From Dendrobates tinctorius (taxonomy: Eukaryota): 64,000 nt of DNA. This document shows, in pieces, positions 39,015-52,543 of this stretch (position 1 is the first letter of the stretch; each line of letters begins with the position of its first letter). Below the pieces are notes generated by a model. The model did not search any database, was not told where the DNA came from, and saw only the letters and a program-made list of their open reading frames with translations. The DNA lies in contig NW_027361817.1 in the NCBI RefSeq assembly GCF_039654945.1, positions 10,912,001 through 10,976,000 of the forward strand, read 5' to 3'. The position numbers were made by a program, and so were the translations under genes.

Positions 39015-41707
39015 TTCATGCTGGTCAATGAGGTCTGAACGATAAAGTAAAGGTGTCAGTGGAGCAAAACTAAAGTCTGTTTCCAAGGACATTGGAGCAT
39101 GAAAATATTCTATGTATATGAAATTCCCCACACTCCCTGCCAAGTTCTAGTAAGGCTATGCGCGTATGTTGAGTATTTGCTTGCAGAAATTTCTGCAAGG
39201 TTTCTGCATCTCTTGGCAGGAAAAATGCTGCAGAAAAAACGCGCGTTTTTGGTGCATTGTCACCAGCCTATGTAGGAGCTTTAATAGAACGAATGTACAT
39301 AAGCTGTAACCAGAGAGCAACTGTTAATTTTAAAGAAAAATAAATAAATAAAAAATATTGCGTGGGCTTCAGCACTGGATTTGCACTTTACCCTTTTTGG
39401 GACAGCATTCCATAATTATATCTTAAGTATACCCTTAATGCATTAGTGTCGTGCCTGTTATTCGTGGTAATTTTTGGGTTTTGTTGTCACTAACCTTTAT
39501 TATTGTCTTTACTTAAACCATTGTCTGCTCCAGAACCTCTTTTTAATATTTTATGTGCATGTGTGTTTATTATTTGTGTGAAATAAAATGTATACAGTTT
39601 TGATACATAGCATTGACTCAGCTCTTCCCTTCATGCAGTTTTAATAACCAGCAGAGGGAAAGCTGATGTCTGAGGGCTGATGTTCATCTTTTGGTAAGGA
39701 GCTAATAGCCATAATTGTTCCCAGGCTATCAATATCAGCTCACAGCTGTTTACTTAGACTTGACTGGCTTACAGGGGGACCCCAGAAAAAAACTGACATA
39801 GGGTCCCTATAAAATCTAACCAGCAAAGGCTAGGCAGACAGCTGCAGACTGACATTATTGGTCTAGGAAGGGGCCATGGATATTGGCGCCTCTCAGACTA
39901 AAAACATCAGCTCTCAGCGCCCCAGAAAAGGCAAATCTATAAGGCGCTTAGACTTGCTCTTCCCAATTGCCCTGTAGCGGTGGCAAGTGGGGTTCATATT
40001 TGTGGGGTTAATGTCACTTTTATATTGTCAGGTGACACCAAGCCCACAGGTTGGTAATGGAGATGCGTCTATAAGACACCTATCCATTACTAACCCCATA
40101 GTGATATTGTATAAAAACACAGGCACCCAGAAATAATGACACAGACTCCTTTAATAATCTTAATTAAACAACTCACAGAATGCATAATTCATCGAAGCCA
40201 ATGTCTCTTGCAACAAAAATAAAATAACAAACCACAATATTCCTCAGCTGTCCTCAGAGAAGATAATCCATAAGAGCCCACAACGATCCTGATCACTTTG
40301 AGATCAGTCACATCAGTAATGTCACATCTCTCAAAGATTGTCTGTGATGCACTGACAGGAGGTAATCATTCCCACCGTATATCACTGAGCTGCCGTGAGA
40401 TGTCATTGGAGTACATCAGCTGATCAGCTCCAATGATCTCCCTTATGGCACCCCTGCCACGTGGGAAAGTTCTCACACAGCGGTGCCGTAAGTGAGAGCA
40501 ACCGGAGCTGATGAACGCTGATGAACTCTCACAGCAGCTCAGTGATACACTGTGGGAGCAATTACCTCCTGTCAGTGTATCAACGGCGCCCGGGTAGAAC
40601 AGTCACATCTCCCAATCTCTACACATGAGATCGCCGTGGGACACTCGGATTACCTGGACTAAGGAGAACAGGTGAGTATATGTTGGTTTACTATTTTACA
40701 TTATTTCTAAGAAACGAGGGTGTCAGGGATTGGGCATTAAGGTGAGTATAATTTTTTTTTTATTTGACTATGTATGTAATTTTACGTTTTTTGTTTTTTT
40801 TTAACTGTGAGCACAGTTTCCTCACTGTTATTGTCTCCAACTTTGTCACACTCCATTGTGACTACATAAAGTGGCCTAAGATCAGATGTTTGGTATATAG
40901 CTCTTACACTAGAGAATTTACAGACATACATCACTGAGATATTACTGCTGTAATTACTATAAATTAATAACTGTATCTAATCCCGTGCCATAGGTTATTC
41001 AGGTTATAGTGGAGCCTTGATAATGGATTGCATTGTAATAAATTCATTCATTCCATCTATTTATAACACTCCTTGCTAGGTAATATGCAACCTTGCATAA
41101 TAATAGGGCAATATAAATTCTGGCTTGTGTAGATGAAAACATTCTATGTAATAAAGATATCATACAACCTGAAATTGGATATTCATGTAGGCTAAGACTA
41201 ATGGCAAAGGAAAATAGAATGTAAAAACCACTTTACATCAGCATGTTACAGACTCGTTAGCTCTCCTGAAATGGCTTCTTAGTAAGTACTTACATTTCCA
41301 ATTCTAGAACATCTTTTCTGGAATGTTGTTCCTCAGAATTTGACTTTGAGGAATCTAAGGTTAAACTCATATTCTGGTTTGTTTCACGTGTTTCCTTACT
41401 CCTTACATGTGTTCATGTAACATGTCTACCTTTGTGGTTTTGCTGCCTTCAATCTGAATCTACAATGTGCACATACCAATAACAAAACCATAACAGGTGG
41501 GTCCCAACTTGTCACCAGTATTGTGGATGATTTACCCAACACAAAACACTTGACATATATTGCTTAACACGCAAGAAAAATTTGGGTCTTCTAAAGAGTC
41601 CTTTCATGCACAAATCTAGATTTTTTCTGCTTGGTTTAAATTATTAAAAAACTATTTTCTTGACAGGAAGGGAATTTAAAAAGTTTTGTGGTGGGGTACC
41701 CTTCTAA

Positions 41708-41891
41708 GGCTGGGCTCACACATGTGAGAAACTCACACGAGTCTCGTATCTTAATACCCGGCACTGCCGCCGACACTCGGGACCGGAGCGCTCAGCTGCA
41801 TAGAAATACATGCAGCTGCATGCTTCGCTCCCGAGTGCCGGGTATTGAGACGCGAGACTCGTGCGAGTTTCTTGCAAGTGTGACCCCGGCC
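41708..41891. mobile_element. PIF/Harbinger (Tourist-like) MITE
   Basis: TAA TSD both sides; GGCTGGGCTCACAC / GTGTGACCCCGGCC TIRs; palindromic. Confidence 0.8.
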
Positions 41892-42581
41892 TAACAAAAA
41901 GTCACAGGAAGAGAGAGCATATACAGCGATAACTTGCTTGATAATAAGTTTTAAGTCTAAATAAAGAATAATACATTTCGACATACCACATAAAAAGTAC
42001 CATGTGCATTACAAGAAGAAAATGAGTTTCTGTTATAAAACCTTTCATGAACTTCATAAATGATAAATTCTGGTATGTTAGACAAAAAAATGGTATTATC
42101 TCTAAAACTGTCTGGGAAATGAAAAACTGCTCTAAACAAAAGAGATAATAGCGATAGTATCCTAATGTTCACAATGGAGCAAAATCTGCACTGGACGCTG
42201 CAATGAATTGTCATTATATACTGTATTCAGTATTTGTGCATAGATAACGCAAAGACTGGAGGAAGGTCCCATCCTGTGCTCACTTACCTTCATTACAGCT
42301 GGTGGACAAAGAGACATATGACAGCATCCGGAGGCAGAAAGAAGACAAAAGCTAAAAATCATTCTCACTGTAGTCGTATATTGCATCAAAACATGCTAGG
42401 TGACATCATGTTAGCGATGTACTTACACGTCACTGTGTGTGTAGGGTAGCATTAGTCAGATGGAGACAACAAGAGTGTTTGTGTTGTCACACATTTGTAA
42501 CCAATAAAAAACATAACTCCTTAAACTCATGGGAGCTGGATGCCACTGTATAACATGCACCACAGGCATATATTCAATGTA

Positions 42582-43450
42582 CAGGGTGGGCCATTTTTAT
42601 GGATACACCTAAATAAAATGGGAATGGTTGGTGATATCAACCTCCTGCTTGTGGCACATTAGTATATGGGAGGGGGGAAACTTTTCAAGATGGGTGGTGA
42701 CCATGGCGGCCATTTTGAAGTCGGCCATTTTGGATCCAACTTTATTTTTTTCAATGGGAAGAGGGTCATGTGACACATCAAACTTATTGAGTATTTCACA
42801 AGAAAAACAATGGTGTGCTTGGTTTTAATGTAACTTTATTCTTTCATGAGTTATTTACAGGTTTATGACCACTTATAAAATGTGTTCAATGTTCTGCCCA
42901 TTGTGTTGGATTGTAAATGCAACCCTCTTCTCCCACTCTTGACACACTGATAGCAACACCGCAGAAGAAATGCTAGCACAGGCTTCCAGTATCTATTGTT
43001 TCAGATGCCGCAAATCTCATATCTTCACAGCATAGGCAATTGCCTTCAGATGACCCCAAAGATAAAAGTCTAAGGGGGTCCAATCGGGAGACCTTGGTGG
43101 CCATTCAACTGGCCCACTATGACCAATCCACTTTCCAGGAAACTGTTCATGTAGGAATGCTCGGACCTGACACCCATAATTGATGGTATGATGTGGTATA
43201 TGGGGTTCAAAGATAGTGGGGCCATTGTTCATCAATGGAAACCTCAAAGCCACTGGATATCTGAAATTGCTACATGATGATATGTTGCCCTCTTTATGCA
43301 CTGATGATGGCACGTCCCCTGAGTTTTTCCAGCAAGATGGTGCACCACCACCTTATGAGTGTCAGGTCACTGCATTCCTACAAGGAATCTGACCCCCTTA
43401 GACTAGCATTTCTACTGCAGTGCTGCTATCAGTGTGTCAAGAGTGCACAT
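42582..43450 (-). mobile_element. Mariner-like DD41D (rosa/Visitor-type) fragment with internal inversion
   Basis: TA|CAGGGTG terminus; minus strand KWIGHSGPVEWPPRSPDWTPLDFYLWG; plus strand 43181-43370 ...VGPLFINGNL...FFQQDGAPP; joined spacing gives D41D. Confidence 0.7.
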
Positions 43451-43882
43451 ATTGATTTCTAACTGTACTTTAAAATGAGACGTTTAGCAAACAATTGATC
43501 AATTCTTTGAGCCACCCCGCCATGCCAAGGCATTCTCGTATGGGGCAGTCCTACTCTACATTTTTTAAATTCGCTGTGCCATTATGGCCTCATAAATGTA
43601 TTAAAAGCAAGACTATATTAAATGTAAAATGTACCTGAAGCATTTCAAAATCACTCCCATGGCGCCAGAAAGGGTGAGCGCATATAAAGCCTGACCTGGT
43701 CCGGATATGGACATTTCAGATCTAAACTCCACACTGCCAAACCAGCAACCACAGATGAAGGGTGAAACAGGCCCACACACAGGTGCACAGTCAAATAGAG
43801 CCTGTGGCAGGGCAAGGCTGCTGTATGTGTGTAAAACAGCCTAGATCAATCACAATAAAGACAGAAAGAATGGCCATAAACC

Positions 43883-46800
43883 TGTCATGATCTCAGTGTG
43901 GGTTTGACTCGCACACGTGGGGTTAATGTCTGGAACCAGTGCTGATGACTGGCATTTCTGGGGTTAAAGGTTGTGATCCCGATGCAGGCTTACCTGCACA
44001 CCTGGGGCTATGATTGTGGCCTCTCCCTGGTTCTGGGGGAGGCTTCTTATAGCCTCAGGACGCTCCCATCCCTGTCAGTTATACTTTCGCCCTTGGCATT
44101 GTGTGGTGACCCCTGAGTGTGTTTGTGCTGTGTTCTGGTTACTTGATTCTCTGTGTATGACTCGGTCTGTTCTCTGGATGTCGCTTTGGATTCTGCCTGG
44201 TACCTTATATGTCTGTTTGGTTTAGATCTCTGCTTGGCCCTGATTATCCGCTCTGTCTCATCCCTGGTACTGTACTGTGATCCTGTGTATGACCTTTGGC
44301 TTTGTCTGACCTCCCGTCTGTTTATCCCTCCTGTGCTGTTGTGACCTCCGTTTTGCCTGACTCTGAGTTGTTGTATGGTGTCCTGTCATATCTGAAAGCA
44401 GGACGCTAAGCCACGCCCCCTTGCAGTCACATGACCATAGGTCCTGTGCAAGCTTGTTCATTTTCAGTGTCCGCAGGTCCCATGCCTCTTTACTTTCCAG
44501 CGCTGACTGGACCCTGACACTAATAGTTGGAGCACGCCTGGTCACCTCTGCTGCCCTGCTCCCCAGGTAACTCTTAGCACTGCTTCTGTACTCAGGAAAC
44601 GTGCACTGGCTCTATGAGCAAGTGTAGTACGGTGTCTCTGACATTATAACTGACCGTTTCAGTTTTTTTTGTTTTTTTTCTGAAGAAAAAAAAAAAAGTG
44701 TGTGTTATCCTCATGGATCCCATACAAGCCTTGTCTGATCAGGTCAAGCACCTAACCCAAATGTTCCATAAGCTCAATGTGGAACAACGCACGATGGCCC
44801 AGACCCAGCAACAGTTGGTGGTTACTGTGCAGGGGGCTGTCAATGCAGGGGCTTCTGGTTCTGGGGGTAGGGATGTGTCATTAGCGTCCCCCGAATCTCC
44901 GGTCAAATTACCAGACCTTTTCTCAGGGGATAAAAAGGAGTTCAGGTCTTTCAGAGAAGGATGCAAGCTTTTTTTTTCTCTAAGGCCCCGCTCCTCCGGG
45001 GATGAGTTCCAGAGGGTGGGGGTCATTATTTCCCTACTTCGGGGGGGCTCCGCAAGCATGGGCTTTCTCTCTGTCTTCCTCTGCTCCTGAACGTATGTCA
45101 GTGAACGCATTCTTTGAGGCCCTCGGGCACATTTATGATGAACCTGACCGAGTGCGATTGGCAGAGGACATTTTGATGAGTGTCTGTCAGGGGAAACACT
45201 CAGCTGAGTGATTTTGTTCTGAGTTCTGCCGCTGGGCGGCAGAGGTCTCTTGGAGCGACGCCGCACTCCGAGGACTCTTTCGCAGAGGCTTGTCCGAGCG
45301 GCTGCAGGATGCCTTGGCGTTACATCCCCCACCTAACTCTCTCGAGGACGCCATGACCCAGGCCGTCCGGATGGACCGCAGGCTGCGGGCCAGAGGGGTG
45401 ATGAAGGTGGATACTCCATTATTCCCCAGTGGAGAAGAGACTGCCCCTGAGCCCATGGATGTAGGCACCCTCTCCCTGAAGGATACGGAGAGGAAACGCC
45501 GGAAGGACAAGCAGTTATGTTTTTACTGCGGTAAAACAGGGCATTGGAAAAGGGAGTGCCCGAATTGCCCGTCTTCAAACCCGGTCGGCGGGAAACGACT
45601 AGGTCTGGGTAGTCAACGGGGAGGCTGCTCAGACCCTCAGGTACCATTTTCCTCATTTTCTAAAGTAGTACTGCCTGTGGAACTGTTTGTGGATGGTAGT
45701 TCTTTTTCCTCTACAGCCTTCATGGACTGCGGATCATCTATTAATCTTATGGACTCCCAATTGGTCACACACTGCAAGATAGGGACAGTTATGCTCAAGG
45801 TTCCGATCAAGGTGATGGCCATTGACTCATCGCCCCTCACTAAGGAGGGAATTCGCTTTATGTCTGATGTGTTTTCGCTCAGCGTGGGCGCTACTCATGT
45901 GGAAAACATAAGTTGTTTTGTGCTGGACAATCTACCTGCAGGGTTGGTGTTGGGCATGCCCTGGTTACAACACCATAACCCAGTTATTAACTGGAAAACG
46001 GGGGAGATTGTACAATGGGGGTTTAATGATTTTGAGTTATGTGATAAATCTGCACTGCTGGTTGAACCTGTTAAAACTGTGTCTGTATCATCTGTCGAGC
46101 TGGAAGGTATTCCGGAATGCCTGAAGGACTTCGAAGATGTATTCTCCGAAAGCGAGGCCGAGACGTTACCGCCACATAGACCCTTTGACTGCGCTATTGA
46201 GCTGGTCCCGGGGGCTAAATTACCCAAAGCCCGTCTGTTTAATTTGTCCGGTCCTGAGCGCTTGGCTATGAAGGAGTACATTACAGAAAGTCTGCGCAAA
46301 GGACACATACATCCTTCAGTCTCACCTGTGGCAGCAGGTTTCTTTTTTGTAAAGAAAAAAGATGGCGGGTTACGTCCCTGTCTCGACTTCCGGGAGCTTA
46401 ATCAAATTACTGTACGGAATACGTACCCCTTCCGTTGATTCCCGATTTATGTAACCAACTATCAGGGGCAAAGTGGTTTTCTAAACTGGACCTTCGGGGG
46501 GCATATAATTTGATAAGGGTCCGAGAGGGGGATGAATGGAAAACCGCGTTCCTCACGACCGAGGGAGTATTTGAAAATTTAGTCATGCCGTTTGGTCTTA
46601 CCAACGCCCCTGCCATATTTCAGAATTTCATCAACGTGGTATTCTCGGATCTCATTGGTCATTTTGTCGTTATCTACTTAGATGATATTTTGATATATTC
46701 CCCCGACAAGTATTCTCATTTGGAACATGTACGAACTGTGCTCAAAAGGCTGAGAGAAAATGATTTATATGCCAAATTGGAGAAATGTGTATTCTGTGTA

Positions 46801-49503
46801 CAAGAGTTGTCCTTTTTGGGGTTAATTGTATCTGGTGAGGGTTTTCGCATGGACCCCAAGAAGGTGCAGGCCATTGCGGATTGGGTGCAACCCCGAGATC
46901 TTAAGGGTCTTCAGCGCTTCTTGGGGTTCGCCAATTATTACCGCAAATTTATCCGGAGGTTTTCTCAAGTGGTCAAACCTCTCACGGATCTAACATGCAA
47001 AGATGCGGATGTGAGAAATTGGTCCTTGCTCGCAAAAGAGGCCTTTGCGACGCTGAAAAAATGTTTTATGTCTGCTCCTGTGTTAGTGCAGCCAGATCCG
47101 TCCAAACCATTCGTCGTGGAAGTGGACGCCTCGGAGGTGGGGGTGGGGGCGGTGTTGTCCCAAGGGCCTGCCACTCTAACCAACCTCAGGCCATGTGCTT
47201 TCTTTTCCAAGAAGTTCTCTACTGCGGAAAGAAATTACGACGTAGACAATAGAGAGCTTCTTGCGGTCAAATTGGCGTTTGAAGAATGGAGGCACTTTTT
47301 GGAGGGGGCCAGTCACCCGGTTACGGTGATCACGGATCACAAAAATTTGTCGTACATTGAGTCTGCTAAAAGACTAACGCCCAGACAAGCCCGTTGGTCA
47401 CTTTTTTTTCCCCGTTTGTCCCAGAGCAACTTCGCCTGAAACTCTTGCAGGAGTTCCATGAATCCAAGCTGAGTGCTCACCCTGGTATTTCAGCCACACG
47501 TCTGGCGGTGGCTAGGATCTTTTGGTGGCCTACCCTTGGTTCGGACATAAAAAAATTCATTGCTGGTTGTGGGGTCTGCGCTCGTTCTAAAAGCTCTCAT
47601 AGCCGGCCGGCAGGGGAGCGGATACCCTTGGCAGTGCCCGAAAGGCCATGGACTCACTTATCCATGGATTTTGTTACCAATATCCCTCCATCTAAGGGTA
47701 ATACAGTGGTATGGGTAGTGGTGGACAGGTTTTCTAAGCAGGCTCATTTCGTACCCCTGTCCGCACTACCGTCAGCTGAGACGTTGTCCAGGTTGTTTGT
47801 GCAGCATGTGATCCGGTTGCATGGGGTACCCCTGAATGTGGTGTCTGATCGTGGTGTGCAGTTTGTGGCTAAGATTTGGCGTGCTTTCTGTAAAAAATTA
47901 GGTATGTCTCTGTCCTTTTCGTCTGCATACCATCCTGAGAGCAATGGGCAGACGGAGCGCACTAACCAGTCCCTGGAACAGATCCTCAGGTGTCTAACCT
48001 CTGCTAGACAGAGTGACTGGTGCGATGCACTGCCGTTGGCTGAATTTGCCTTCAATAGTCGGGTGAGTCAATCCACTGGTAGGTCCCCTTTCTTGATTAA
48101 CTATGGGTTTAGTCCTCATTTTGGTGAGTTTTCTCGTCTGGATTCGGGGTGCCCCGGGGCTGAGGACTCTGTTCAGCGGTTAAAAGATACATGGGCAGAA
48201 GTCCAGCGGCGTATATCCAGGTCTCAATGCAGGTATAAGTTTTTCGCGGACAGGAAACGAACACCTGGTCCCACGTTTCAGGTTGGAGAGAAAGTTTGGC
48301 TCTCCACGCGAAACATTAAGTTAAAGATTCCGTCAGCCAAGTTAGGACCCAAATTCATTGGCCCGTACAAGATTGTGGAAAAAACCAATCCAGTGGCGTA
48401 TAGGCTGTGCCTTCCACCCTCTTTCAAGATCCCTAACGTCTTCCACAAATCTCTACTGAAACCTTTTGAAGCAGCCCAGGGAGACTCCAAGTCTGCTGCT
48501 TCTCCTGTTTTGGTCGAGGGGCAGGTGGAGTATGAGGTTGGTCATATCGTAGATTCCAGGTTGGTACGGCGGTCGGTACAGTACCTGGTTCATTGGAAGG
48601 GGTATGGACCGGAGGACAGGTCCTGGATACCGGCCCGGTTGATGCATGCTGATCGCCTGGTACGGGTTTTCCATGCTAAGTACCCGGGCAAGCCTGGGGG
48701 TCCAGAGGCCCCCGTTGAGAGGGGGGTACTGTCATGATCTCAGTGCGGGTTTGACTCGCACACGTGGGGTTAATGTCTGGAACCAGTGCTGATGACTGGC
48801 ATTTCTGGGGTTAAAGGTTGTGATCCCGATGCAGGCTTACCTGCACACCTGGGGCTATGATTGTGGCCTCTCCCTGGTTCTGGGGGAGGCTTCTTATAGC
48901 CTCAGGACGCTCCCATCCCTGTCAGTTATACTTTCGCCCAGGGCATTGTGTGGTGACCCCTGAGTGTGTTTGTACCGTGTTCTGGTTACTTGATTCTCTG
49001 TGTATGACTCGGTCTGTTCTCTGGATGTCGCTTTGGATTCTGCCTGGTACCTTATATGTCTGTTTGGTTTAGATCTCTGCTTGGCCCTGATTATCCGCTC
49101 TGTCTCATCCCTGGTACTGTACTGTGATCCTGTGTATGACCTTTGGCTGTGTCTGACCTCCCGTCTGTTTATCCCTCCTGTGCCTCGTTTGCCCGTGCTG
49201 TTGTGACCTCTGTTTTGCCTGACTGAGTTGTTGTATGATGTCCTGTCATATCTGAAAGCAGGACGCTAAGCCACGCCCCCTTGCAGCCACATGACCATAG
49301 GTCCTGTGCAAGCTTGTTCATTTTCAGTGTCCGCAGGTCCCGTGCCTCTTTACTTTCCAGCGCTGACTGGACCCTGACACTAATAGTTGGAGCACGCCTG
49401 GTCACCTCTGCTGCCCTGCTCCCCAGGTAACTCTTAACACTGCTTCTGTACTCAGGACACGCGCACTGGCTCTATGAGCAAGTGTAGTGCGGTGTCTCTG
49501 ACA
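43883..49503 (+). mobile_element. Near full-length Ty3/Gypsy chromovirus (Tf1/sushi group)
   Basis: LTRs 43883-44643 and 48730-49503 (TG...CA), TSD AAACC, PPT GAGAGGGGGG before the 3' LTR; gag with CCHC, protease (MDCGSS), RT (YLDD), RNase H, integrase (GPY) and C-terminal chromodomain; frameshifts plus a deletion near 47412. Confidence 0.97.
44713..48737 (+). pseudogene. Disrupted gag-pol of the Gypsy element
   Basis: ORF pieces 44698-45090, 45002-45211, 45290-46438, 46435-47439, 47394-48737 in the order gag-PR-RT-RH-IN-chromo. Confidence 0.93.
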
Positions 49504-49981
49504 AAACCAATATCAAATAAAAAAGGGGGGAAGCCAGCGCTGTTAATGGTCAGAACGCAATAAATAAAGTGCATATGAAGACGGATCCTCCGTCGAAGCG
49601 CGTTGTGATTTAACCCCATCTCTCGTCGGAGTCTTTTTCCTGTGCTCCTAAGACCATTTTCCATTTTCTCATTGCTCCTATCCTCCATCGGAGGTTTTTG
49701 GCTGGAGCTGCGATGGAGACCTGACATTCTAATCTACCCCTGGGTTGCTTCCTAAGCGCTCCTCTATGACTGCTCATTACTGACTCTAGTATCTCTAAAT
49801 ACACACACATAGGGAGAAATGTGTCAGACATGGGGGATGTGAAGAAGTCGTCAGGACCGCCTCGAAGTAGTACTCAGAAGCATGGTCCATGAATGGCTTT
49901 CTAATGTATGTTTGCTCTAAAGTGCTACAGCATTTCACAGTAAAACACACACGGCTGCAATAACACAGCCAGTGTCAGCAT

Positions 49982-50292
49982 TAGTGATGAACGAGTATAT
50001 TCGTTACTCACGATTTCCCGAGCATGCTAGGGTGATCTCCGAGTATTTTGGTGTGCTCGAAGATTTAGTTTCTGTTGCCGCAGCTGCATGATTTGCAGCT
50101 GCTAGACAGCCTGAATACACGTGGGGATTGCCTGTTTGTTAGGGAATTCCCACATGTATTCAGGCTGTCTAGCAGCTGCAAATCATGCAGCTACGGCGAC
50201 AGAAACTAAGTCTCTGAGCACTTCAAAATACTCGGAGCTCACCCGAGTATGCTCTGGAAGTCTTGAGTAACGAGTATACTCGCACATCACTA
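49982..50292. mobile_element. hAT-type palindromic MITE
   Basis: TAGTGATG...CATCACTA TIRs; 8-bp TSD GTCAGCAT / GGCAGCAT (7 of 8 identical). Confidence 0.8.
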
Positions 50293-50325
50293 GGCAGCAT
50301 GGATCAGCTGACAGGGTCCCTTTTA

Positions 50326-51422
50326 CCCCTTCACAATGTGACGAATTTCCATTTTCCTCCCCTTCTTCCCAACATCATAACTTTTTTTTATTTTTCTGTC
50401 TATAGACACGAGGGCTTATTTTTTTTGTGGGATGTGTTGTACTTTTTAATAACACCATTCATTTTACCACACGATGTTCTGTAAAACGGGAAAAATATTT
50501 CAAGTGGGGAGAAATTGCAAAAAAAATTAAATTCTGACATTGTTTTTTGAGAATTGGTTTTACAGTCTACATTTTGTGGTAAAAATGACCTGGCAATATG
50601 ATTTTGCTCATCCGTACAATTATGGCGATACCAAACATGTCCCGTTTTTTTTATTATTTTAGCGGTGAAAAGAAATCAGAAGTTGCAAAATATTTTCGGT
50701 TTGTGTCTCCATTTTCCGAGACCCATAACATTTTTATTTTTTGGTCGATGGAGCTGTGTGATTGCTTATTTTTTGTGGAACTGCAGCATCCAAAAAATTG
50801 GCCTCCTTGATTTTCTTTTGTTTATAATGCCTACCTATTGGGTTATATATTTTTCTATTTTGATAGATCAATCTTTTCAGAACACGGTGATACCACATTT
50901 TTTTTTTATATATCTTTATTTTTAATGGGAGAAAAGGGGGGTGATTTCAACTTTCATGTTTCTTTTTACCTTTTTCATCTTTTTTAAAACATTTTTTTGT
51001 TTCCTTTTCACTGTTTTTAATAGTCCCCTTACATTGAGATGCGATCACCTGATCGTTTGTGCTATATACAGCGATGCCTCAGCAATGCTGTATTTCGTGA
51101 AAATCACAGTCTCCTTTGAAGTCCAGCCACAGGCAGAGTTTCACAGTAGCTTCATAATGACAAGCACGGGGTCTTCCGCTGCAATCCAACGGGAACCTGG
51201 GATCACGTCAACGGATGTGCCGATGGGCCCGTGCCGACACGTGTTAAATGCCACTGTCAGTTTGACAGCGACATTTAACAGTTAAACAATCGCAGGTGAA
51301 GCGGAGCTCCACTCAGGAATGTTAGAGCCAGGTGCTGGCTATAACACACAGCCATCACCTACCAGGTATAAGATGGGCTCCTTTACATGAGATGTACATG
51401 TATGGCACATGTTGTGATGGGG
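50326..51422. mobile_element. Non-autonomous piggyBac-type element
   Basis: TTTA|CCCCTTCACAA ... TTGTGATGGGG|TTAA; interior resembles 25380-26677. Confidence 0.7.
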
Positions 51423-51761
51423 TTAAGACTTTCAGAGTCATTTCTAGTGTCACCGAATCAGCACATTAGAGGAGCAGCACACTTGGAGAGACTGCTGAGA
51501 CATTTATATAACAATGCAAAATAATTACGCCTTATGTTTGTTTTTCCGACATGATTATTAACACAGGTATGTTGCTGCAACCGCTGCTTGGATAGAGAGA
51601 AGAAACAGTTGCATGTCATGGCCTCTGCAGTGATAGACACTATTTAAGAACTTTTTGATTTGATCTATTTTATGTTAAAAAAAAAATCCTGCTATGTGTT
51701 GAGTTAGAACTGCTCTGACTATGTGCGAAATGTCTGTACACCTTCCAAAATGGCAACTTAC

Positions 51762-51956
51762 CAAACTATCATATACAGACTTCCACCCGTCCTTTAGTCT
51801 CATAAAATCTTTCCGAATACCCTTGAATCTATGAACAGAATCAAGGCGACATATTTCATCCCAAGATTTCTGGGGCAGCCATGTGCATGGATTGGAGTGT
51901 GGATTGTCCAGTCCGAGGCCACCAGTCAGCAAGAACATCCATTCTGCTTCATCAAT
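51762..51956 (-). CDS. DNAH7: Dynein heavy chain exon [13 protein letters not shown]...WKSVYDSL
   Basis: EWxFLLTGG and [17 protein letters not shown] motifs; tttcag acceptor, GTAAGT donor; 195 bp, phase 0/0. Confidence 0.9.
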
Positions 51957-52543
51957 CTGAAACAGATCTGACCATTAGTATTTCATACATTAACAAGTGA
52001 GGACTGCTCCTGGCAGCATACACATTTTCTACTCTTCATAATTGCACTTTATTGCCTGAGAAACAAAGTTTGAAAAAATATACATTGCAAAAAACTCTTT
52101 CACCTATTATTAAAAAATGCCACTCACTAGTAAGCAGTGCACACAAAACATGATCCTTTCCATCCTGCATGAGCCACTCCTGGCTTTAGCTTGGCAAACT
52201 GCATCAAAAGCTGCAAGTGTCAAAAGGCCTTAAAAACACCAATGCTTTTCTTGCACACTTTTTGCCTTCCTGAACACAGCAGACTGACTGACTGCTGTAA
52301 CTCTACAGATCCTCTGATCAGTGCCGGTGGGTCATACAATATTCTAACAGTGGGTGTTACATCAGGATTACCAGCCAAACAAACATTTATGGAATTCTTT
52401 TTCCTGTGTCTGTAACAAAAAGTCTCAATTTTTGTTCATATTTTATAATGGTCAAACTCTACACTTAACAGGGCCTAGTAGTTGCTGGTAATGTGTATCA
52501 GTATACTAGTAGTATTTACGATCTATATATATCTTAATTTTAA

